Of a DNA stretch of 64,000 nt, positions 57,866 through 64,000 are shown in pieces. A program made the translations under genes and the position numbers. The DNA comes from an uncultured Actinomyces sp. (GTDB taxonomy: Bacteria; Actinomycetota; Actinomycetes; Actinomycetales; Actinomycetaceae), in the NCBI GenBank assembly GCA_964345585.1, contig CAYFRT010000001.1:23309-87308 (forward strand). Reading direction: 5' to 3'. The notes beneath the pieces were generated by a model. The model was not told the origin of the DNA. It searched no databases and saw only the letters and a program-made list of their open reading frames with translations. The first letter of the stretch is position 1; the number at the start of each line of letters is the position of its first letter.

Positions 57866-58348
57866 AGGGTCCGACCTTTCAATCTGTGGAGATCAGGAAG
57901 AATGCGGGAAAATAAAAAGGGATGATTCAGTGCACGGCAACTCCGGTCGCCAAACATCCCAAGCCGTTTCCATCACTGTTTGAATCTACCCCACGTTCCT
58001 CCCGATATTTGCGATCTGCGTGATGGCGGGGCACAACGTTGTGGATTCTTGACCTCGTTCGATGGTTCCTGGCAGCTTAGAAAACCGTGCGGGAATGGGT
58101 ATCGGGAGAACGAGGCGTTTCCGACATCTCATCATCAATTGGGTCGAGTCCCGCATAGTTGCGCTAGTCTTGGCTTATTGGGCGCCGGGACGCACCTCCC
58201 GGACCGTGGCCTCTGTTCCCGGCCTAAAGCCGTGCGGGACAGGTTGTCGTGGACTTGCGCCCTCAGAGTTTCCGTCCCCGGAGGACGAGTATTGCAAGCC
58301 CGAGTGTCGGCTGCGGTGTGGCGGTCGCCGCCCGCAATTGGAGAATTG

Positions 58349-61072
58349 TTGACTAGCGAAAATAGTGGAGAAAATTTCACTCCGCAGACACCCGCTGCAG
58401 CGCTTCTGTTCCAGGCACCTGCTTTTGTGGAGCCAGTTTCGAAGCCTGCCACCAGGGAACCAAGACCCAAAGACGAAGAACCTTCTGCCAAATCATCGTC
58501 CGACTCCCAAGCATCCGACGGACAAGGCCGTGGCAACCGTGGCGGACGCAGCCGCGGAGGTCAGCAACCAGGAAGTGGCCGACAACAGAAGCAGGGCTCT
58601 GGGACCGGGCCCGCAAGCGGTTCTGCGAGCAGTGGTTCGGGCAGTTCTGGCAAGTCCAAACAGGGACAGAAGAAGCAGAGTCAAAACGCCTCGAACGCGA
58701 CGGATGAGCAGAAATCTCCTACGCGCGCAAACGCGAAACAAACCTCGCAAAAGGCTTCTGGCGAAAAAGGGGACGAATCCGAAAAGGAGTTGCCCGAACA
58801 CGCCAAGAGTGATGCGGAGGACCAGCAGCAAGGGACGGCTCGGCGTAGACGACGCCGCACACGCCCTTCTGCGCAAGATCGCGCGCGTGAGGAAAACAAC
58901 GATCCCGCAGACCAGGTGCAGGGGCTGAAGGGCTCTACGCGTCTGGAAGCAAAGCGGATGAGGCGTAGGGAAGGACGCAGGGACTCCCGTCGCAGACAGT
59001 CAATCACTGAATCAGAGTTCCTTGCCCGCAGAGAATCTGTTGACCGCGAGATGGTTGTCCGCCACCAGGATGGCTCCGATCAGATAGCAATCCTTGAAGA
59101 CGGCATCTTGGTGGAACACTTCGTTGCTCGACGCACCACCCAGTCGGTTGTTGGCAACATCTATCTGGGCCGTGTCCAGAACGTTCTGCCTTCCATGGAG
59201 GCCGCTTTTGTTGATATTGGTCGCGGCCGCAACGCGGTTTTGTACGCGGGCGAGGTCAACTGGGATGTCCTCGGAGCGGAGGGGAAACCGCGCCGAATTG
59301 AAACGGCTTTGAAGTCCGGCGAAACGGTCATGGTCCAGGTGACTAAGGATCCGATCGGACATAAGGGTGCCCGCCTGACAAGTCAGATCACGCTTGCGGG
59401 GCGGTACTTGGTGTACGTTCCCGGCTCGTCGATGCTTGGCATTAGCCGCAAACTTCCGGATTCGGAGCGTGCGCGTCTGAAGAAAATTCTGCGCCAGATA
59501 CTCCCCGAAAACGCCGGTGTGATTGTTCGAACCGCGGCTGAGGGTGCCACGGAGGAACAGCTTCGTGACGACGTAACTCGCTTGACGAATCAGTGGGAGT
59601 CGATTGAGAAGAAATCAGAGACGACCCGTAAAGCCCCCGTTCTGCTGCGGGGCGAACCAGAACTTGTTGTGCGGGTGGTCCGGGACCTCTTCAACGAGGA
59701 CTTCTCCAAGCTTGTTGTTCAGGGAGATGAGACCTGGACCAAGGTTTACGACTATGTCGATGAGCTCTCTCCTGAGCTCACGGACCGCCTGGAGCATTGG
59801 ACGTCTGGGGAAGACGTGTTCCACGCCAAGAAGGTCCAACAGCAACTCGCGAAGGCGATGGACCGCAAGGTGTGGCTCCCCAGCGGGGGGACACTCGTCA
59901 TTGAGCGAACCGAAGCGTTGACCGTCGTAGACGTCAACACGGGTAAGTTTGTCGGGTCGGGCGGAACGCTTGAAGAAACCGTGACCCGAAACAACCTTGA
60001 AGCCGCTGAAGAAATCGTGCGTCAGCTGCGACTACGGGACATTGGCGGAATCATCATCATTGACTTCGTTGACATGGTTCTGGAATCCAACCGCGAGTTG
60101 GTTATGCGCAGGCTGATCGAAAGTCTTGGCCGGGATAGGACAAGACACCAAGTCACTGAGATCACCTCGCTCGGCCTGGTGCAGATGACCCGTAAGAGGG
60201 TTGGTGAGGGTCTGGTTGAGGCCTTCTCCACCAACTGCGAAGTCTGTGAAGGTCGCGGCTTCATCGTCCATGACCATCCGGTTGAACCCGGGCAGAAATA
60301 CTCGCACCCGGCGCCGAATCATCGCTCCCGTGGAGAGCAAAGCAACCGCGGATACCGTGGCGGCTCCGGCACCCGGTCGACCTTTGATATTGAGTCGGAT
60401 CGCGACTCCGGGCGCGGAAGAGGGCGCGGCACCGAAAAAGAGGCAACTCCCGAAACGCATGTCGGAGATGAAAAGGTCCGCACTGCTCTTCACTCCATCG
60501 CGGCAGCGTCTGCTCTGGGTGGGGCGACTTCTGGCGAGGACTCGCCTGAAACCGACGAAAAGGCGCAGCACGAACCTGTTAAGAACGCGCCGGCAGCCAA
60601 GGATGTTTCTGAGCAAGGGAAGCAGAAGTCTGGGCAGAAGGCCGCAAAATCCGGATCGAAGAAACACAAGTCGAAGAAGGAACCCAAGGCCAAGCAATCC
60701 AAGCCAGATAAGGCCAAATCCGGTCAGTCCAAGTCGGGCAAGCAGAAGAAGGCCGCCCCTGTTGAACCAGCGAGGGTTGCTAGACGTGCGGCGGGTTCCC
60801 CACCGCCAGCGGACAAGGTGGAAACTCAGCAGGCACTGCCCGCATCGGGGCCTGCCACGTTGAGCGTCGATGACATCACTTTGCCGGTGAAGAAACAGGA
60901 CGAAGTAAGTGGTGGACGTTCCAGGAAGCGCACCAGCACTTCTGGAGCTAAAGTCGCGCCACGGCGAGCAGCTAAACGTGCGGCCGGGAGCCCCCCATCC
61001 AGCACGCAGCGCACCGAGGAAGAAGCCAACGGCGCAAAGGAAGCTGTGCGCGAACTTCTGGAAGGGCAGTGA
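58349..61072 (+). CDS. rne: Ribonuclease E (RNase E/G family) with long Arg/Lys/Ser-rich disordered N- and C-terminal regions
   Basis: S1 and catalytic core (VGNIYLGRVQNVLPSMEAAFVDIGRGRNAVLY, GHKGARLT, IIIDFVDM, CEVCEGRG). I place the start at TTG 58349, with GGAGA 4-5 nt upstream and LTSENSGENFTPQTPAAALLFQAP downstream. The start has low confidence. The track ORF start at 57980 adds 123 Cys/Trp/Arg-rich residues that look non-coding. Confidence 0.8.
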   Translation: MTSENSGENFTPQTPAAALLFQAPAFVEPVSKPATREPRPKDEEPSAKSSSDSQASDGQGRGNRGGRSRGGQQPGSGRQQKQGSGTGPASGSASSGSGSSGKSKQGQKKQSQNASNATDEQKSPTRANAKQTSQKASGEKGDESEKELPEHAKSDAEDQQQGTARRRRRRTRPSAQDRAREENNDPADQVQGLKGSTRLEAKRMRRREGRRDSRRRQSITESEFLARRESVDREMVVRHQDGSDQIAILEDGILVEHFVARRTTQSVVGNIYLGRVQNVLPSMEAAFVDIGRGRNAVLYAGEVNWDVLGAEGKPRRIETALKSGETVMVQVTKDPIGHKGARLTSQITLAGRYLVYVPGSSMLGISRKLPDSERARLKKILRQILPENAGVIVRTAAEGATEEQLRDDVTRLTNQWESIEKKSETTRKAPVLLRGEPELVVRVVRDLFNEDFSKLVVQGDETWTKVYDYVDELSPELTDRLEHWTSGEDVFHAKKVQQQLAKAMDRKVWLPSGGTLVIERTEALTVVDVNTGKFVGSGGTLEETVTRNNLEAAEEIVRQLRLRDIGGIIIIDFVDMVLESNRELVMRRLIESLGRDRTRHQVTEITSLGLVQMTRKRVGEGLVEAFSTNCEVCEGRGFIVHDHPVEPGQKYSHPAPNHRSRGEQSNRGYRGGSGTRSTFDIESDRDSGRGRGRGTEKEATPETHVGDEKVRTALHSIAAASALGGATSGEDSPETDEKAQHEPVKNAPAAKDVSEQGKQKSGQKAAKSGSKKHKSKKEPKAKQSKPDKAKSGQSKSGKQKKAAPVEPARVARRAAGSPPPADKVETQQALPASGPATLSVDDITLPVKKQDEVSGGRSRKRTSTSGAKVAPRRAAKRAAGSPPSSTQRTEEEANGAKEAVRELLEGQ

Positions 61073-61121
61073 GGCTGCGGTGAACTAGCCGGAACGCACC
61101 CGGGAGCCTAGCCTTGGGTGC

Positions 61122-62090
61122 ATGGCTACTCATGCGATTGTTGCGGACCATCCAGGCGGACCCGACGTCTTGAAGCTCCAGGATGTGCCCATTCCCGTCC
61201 CTGCAAATGGGGAACTGCTGGTGAAGACCGGCGCGGTAGGGGTCAACTTTGTTGAGATCTACCAGCGGGAAGGCATCTACCCAGTCGATTTCCCCTTCAC
61301 TCCTGGAAGCGAGGGTGCGGGAACAGTCGAGGCGGTGGGTGACGGAGTCACAGGTTTCATGCCCGGGGACCGTATCGCAACGTGTGAGGGAGTGGGGACC
61401 TACGCCGACTATTTCTTGGTCCCCGCAGACGCTGCCGCAAAGATCCCAGATGACGTGTCTATTAGGGAAGCGGGTGCACTTCCGCTCCAGGGCTGCACCG
61501 CGCACTATCTGATCAATTCGTCTTCGCATCCGACGGAGGGGGACACGGTCCTTGTTCATGCCGGGGCTGGGGGAGTTGGGCAACTGATTACCCAGATGCT
61601 GAAGAGTAAGGGTGTGCGAGTCATTACCACGGCGTCAACGGAGGAGAAGAGGGCGCTGTCTCGCGCTGCCGGGGCTGATCTTTCAATTGGGTACGAGGAT
61701 TTCCCGGCCGTCGTCAGAGAATTCACCGATGGACGAGGGGTGGACGTCGTTTACGACGGGGTCGGAAAGAGCACGTTTGATGGGTCTCTTGCCTCCCTAC
61801 GCATCCGCGGAGAAATGGTCCTTTTTGGGGGAGCGTCCGGGCAGGTTCCGCTGTTTGATCTTCAGCGGTTGAACAGGGAAGGGTCACTGTCGGTCACCCG
61901 TCCGTACTTGGACCATTTCATGTTGACCCCGGAAGAACGCCAATGGCGGTACACGGAACTGTTTGAGGCGGTGCAGGGTGGAACCCTGAAGGTCAAAATC
62001 GGGGCGGAGTTCCCTCTAGCAGAGGCAGGCTCGGCTCAGACGCAACTGGAGGGGCGGAAGACAACCGGCAAGGTGTTGCTGCACCCGTAA
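61122..62090 (+). CDS. NADPH:quinone oxidoreductase (medium-chain dehydrogenase/reductase family)
   Basis: 322 aa. GVNFVEIYQREGIYP, PGSEGAGTVEAVG, the Rossmann motif VHAGAGGVGQL and a GKVLL C-terminus. Confidence 0.85.
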   Translation: MATHAIVADHPGGPDVLKLQDVPIPVPANGELLVKTGAVGVNFVEIYQREGIYPVDFPFTPGSEGAGTVEAVGDGVTGFMPGDRIATCEGVGTYADYFLVPADAAAKIPDDVSIREAGALPLQGCTAHYLINSSSHPTEGDTVLVHAGAGGVGQLITQMLKSKGVRVITTASTEEKRALSRAAGADLSIGYEDFPAVVREFTDGRGVDVVYDGVGKSTFDGSLASLRIRGEMVLFGGASGQVPLFDLQRLNREGSLSVTRPYLDHFMLTPEERQWRYTELFEAVQGGTLKVKIGAEFPLAEAGSAQTQLEGRKTTGKVLLHP

Positions 62091-62308
62091 ACATTTGCTA
62101 CCCAGAAGCGCGCAAAAGAGTAATCTACGGCACAACGTGCGGAATCGCACAGGTCTTAGGGGGCGCTTGGGCCGTGGCGTTGTTGCCCCTGGGCGGGTGG
62201 TTCCGTTAGATTTGTTAGTCGGCGCAACCCGCGCCAGAGGCTTGTCGCCATTTTCTTCGTTTGTGCGAGGCGATGGCGGCGTCCCTCCATGAACTATTCG
62301 ATTGAGAA

Positions 62309-62632
62309 GTGAGCAGCAACGTGGTCTACGCGATCGTTAAGTCCGGTGGTCGGCAGGAAAAAGTGACCGTCGGCGATGTCGTCCTTATGGACAGGCTGCC
62401 AGAAAAGGTCGGCGAGACCGTCGAATTGGTGCCCGTCATGCTTGTTGACGGTGAGACCGTCACAACGGATTCCAAGAAACTTGATGGCGTCACCGTGAAG
62501 GCTGAAGTCATTGATGACGAAGCAAAGGGTCCGAAGATCCGCATCGTCAAGTACAAGAACAAGACCGGCTACCGCAAGCGCCTGGGTCACAGGCAGAAGT
62601 TGTCGGCTGTTCGCATCACTGAGATCGCCTGA
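62309..62632 (+). CDS. rplU: 50S ribosomal protein L21
   Basis: 107 aa. [20 protein letters not shown]. The start could be GTG 62309 or GTG 62321. Confidence 0.95.
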   Translation: MSSNVVYAIVKSGGRQEKVTVGDVVLMDRLPEKVGETVELVPVMLVDGETVTTDSKKLDGVTVKAEVIDDEAKGPKIRIVKYKNKTGYRKRLGHRQKLSAVRITEIA

Positions 62633-62658
62633 TCTCGCTACCAAGAAGGGGATAAGAA

Positions 62659-62910
62659 ATGGCACACAAGAAGGGCCTCGGTTCCTCCCGCAACGGTCGC
62701 GACTCGAACGCTCAGCGACTCGGGATAAAGCGCTACAGCGGCCAGACGGTTAACGCTGGGGAAATCCTGGTTCGTCAGCGTGGTACCAAGTACCACCCGG
62801 GCGACAATGTCGGTCGCGGCAAGGACGACACCTTGTTCGCACTTGTTGACGGCGCAGTTGAGTTCGGCAACATTCGGGGGCGTCGCTCTGTCAGCGTCCT
62901 GGCTGGCTAG
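62659..62910 (+). CDS. rpmA: 50S ribosomal protein L27
   Basis: 83 aa. [39 protein letters not shown]. Confidence 0.97.
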   Translation: MAHKKGLGSSRNGRDSNAQRLGIKRYSGQTVNAGEILVRQRGTKYHPGDNVGRGKDDTLFALVDGAVEFGNIRGRRSVSVLAG

Positions 62911-63053
62911 TTACGTGACTGTCCGTTAGGGACACACCTTTTGGAGGGCATCTGTCTTTGGCAGGTGCCCTCAACCAATTCTTGATGGCCTTTGGGGCTT
63001 TTCCTTTGAAGGCGAGGCGCTCAACGTCGGAGCGACCAGGTACCATTCACGCC

Positions 63054-64000
63054 ATGGCAACTTTTGTGGATCGTGTACGAATCAACGTCCGGGCAGGTGA
63101 TGGCGGCAACGGCATTGCGTCTGTCCGGCGTGAGAAGTTCAAGCCCCTCGGGGGTCCCGACGGGGGAGATGGGGGCCGCGGGGGTTCTGTGATCGTAAGG
63201 GTTTCGGATCAGGAAACCACGTTGCTTACGTTCCACAGGCGTCCGCATTACTCTGCGGAAAAGGGACAGCCTGGTATGGGTGATGAGCGTCCTGGTAGGA
63301 ACGGACAAGACCTGGTGCTTGATGTACCCGCCGGAACCGTAGTCAAAACGAAGTCGGGGGTGGTCCTGGCTGATCTGACTGCGGTCGGGGACGAATTAAC
63401 GGTTGCAAAGGGTGGCAGAGGCGGCCTGGGGAACTCCTCCCTGGCGAATAGGGCTCGGAAGGCGCCTGGTTTTGCGCTGTTGGGTGAGCCGGGGGAAGAG
63501 CTAGACCTCATCCTTGAGTTGAAGTCCATTGCGGATGTTGCACTCGTTGGGTTCCCCTCTTCGGGGAAATCCTCGTTGATTGCTGCGATGTCACGGGCGC
63601 GACCAAAGATCGCAGACTACCCATTCACCACTTTGGTGCCGAACTTGGGGGTCGTTGAGGCGGGATTGGTGCGTTACACGATTGCGGATGTTCCGGGGTT
63701 AATCCCGGGTGCGTCGGAGGGCAAAGGGTTGGGCCTGGATTTCCTTCGCCACATTGAGCGGTGTGCGGTCATCGCTCACGTCATCGATACAGCATCGTTT
63801 GAGGTGCAACGGGATCCGCTCAAAGATTTGGCCGCCATCGAACGTGAACTGGCCGCATACCAGGGTGACTTGGGTGAGCTTGAGGGGTATGTGCCGCTGT
63901 CAGAGCGACCCCGGGTGGTGGTGTTGAACAAGATTGACGTGCCAGATGGGCGTGACCTTGCAGAGATGGTGCGGCCCGACCTTGAAGCGCAGGGGTTCGA
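63054..64000 (+). CDS. obgE: GTPase Obg/CgtA; 3' end beyond the window edge
   Basis: Absent from the ORF track because there is no in-window stop. Hand translation from ATG 63054 gives [48 protein letters not shown]... Later come [11 protein letters not shown] (G1) and DVPGLI (G3). Confidence 0.95.
   Translation, partial: MATFVDRVRINVRAGDGGNGIASVRREKFKPLGGPDGGDGGRGGSVIVRVSDQETTLLTFHRRPHYSAEKGQPGMGDERPGRNGQDLVLDVPAGTVVKTKSGVVLADLTAVGDELTVAKGGRGGLGNSSLANRARKAPGFALLGEPGEELDLILELKSIADVALVGFPSSGKSSLIAAMSRARPKIADYPFTTLVPNLGVVEAGLVRYTIADVPGLIPGASEGKGLGLDFLRHIERCAVIAHVIDTASFEVQRDPLKDLAAIERELAAYQGDLGELEGYVPLSERPRVVVLNKIDVPDGRDLAEMVRPDLEAQGF

Noticed and set aside
57980-58348. The 123-codon N-terminal extension of the rne ORF in the track.
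   Set aside because: The extension is Cys/Trp/Arg-rich and unlike RNase E N-termini. A GGAGA-TTG start at 58349 precedes the conserved ...ALLFQAP region. I treat the extension as 5' leader, though the exact start remains uncertain.
61122-62090. The quinone oxidoreductase between rne and rplU, considered as a horizontally acquired insertion.
   Set aside because: I can see no flanking repeats, mobility genes or obvious compositional break. It is probably ordinary lineage-specific gene order.
62944-62972. An 11-bp hairpin (GAGGGCATCTG / CAGGTGCCCTC, one G-U pair) between rpmA and obg, considered as a terminator.
   Set aside because: No T-tract follows the stem, and rplU-rpmA-obg is normally co-transcribed. 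It may be a minor attenuator, but it is not supportable as a feature.

Overview
High-GC actinobacterial chromosomal core region, Actinomycetales-like by gene order (inference). It is almost entirely housekeeping genes in conserved synteny.

Gene order:
- FadD-like ligase (partial), serA, helD, a PAC2-family gene, a methyltransferase, dinB and a DUF3040 gene.
- A complete dcw cluster: mraZ-rsmH-ftsL-ftsI-murF-mraY-murD-ftsW-murG-murC-ftsQ-ftsZ, then sepF-yggT-divIVA.
- lspA-rluD, a GNAT gene and dnaE.
- A his block: hisD fused in frame to hisC, hisB, an unknown ORF, then hisA/priA.
- infC-rpmI-rplT, a TrmH-type methyltransferase, thiL, rpmB, recG, rsmD and coaD.
- A coiled-coil protein, yceD, rnc and mutM.
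- A DosR/DosS-like two-component pair next to cydABDC.
- rne, a quinone oxidoreductase, rplU-rpmA and obg (partial).

I found no rRNA, tRNA, CRISPR array, IS element, prophage or recognisable defence or toxin system. I do not see a convincing novel multi-gene system.

Signals the gene list does not explain:
1. A roughly 115-135 bp non-coding module present twice (41411-41527 and 54801-54936). It has a conserved core, copy-specific but mutually complementary arms, and 19-bp tandem units.
2. An in-frame hisD-hisC fusion.
3. A soluble GAF histidine kinase translationally coupled to cydDC. Its DosR-like regulator is convergent and preceded by a DosR-box-like palindrome.
4. MraZ-operator-like GTGG repeats and a long hairpin in the mraZ-rsmH spacer.
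5. A dcw cluster lacking murE, and no pgeF or yggS between ftsZ and sepF.

Several start codons were re-placed relative to the ORF track. The two edge-truncated genes are absent from the track and were translated by hand.
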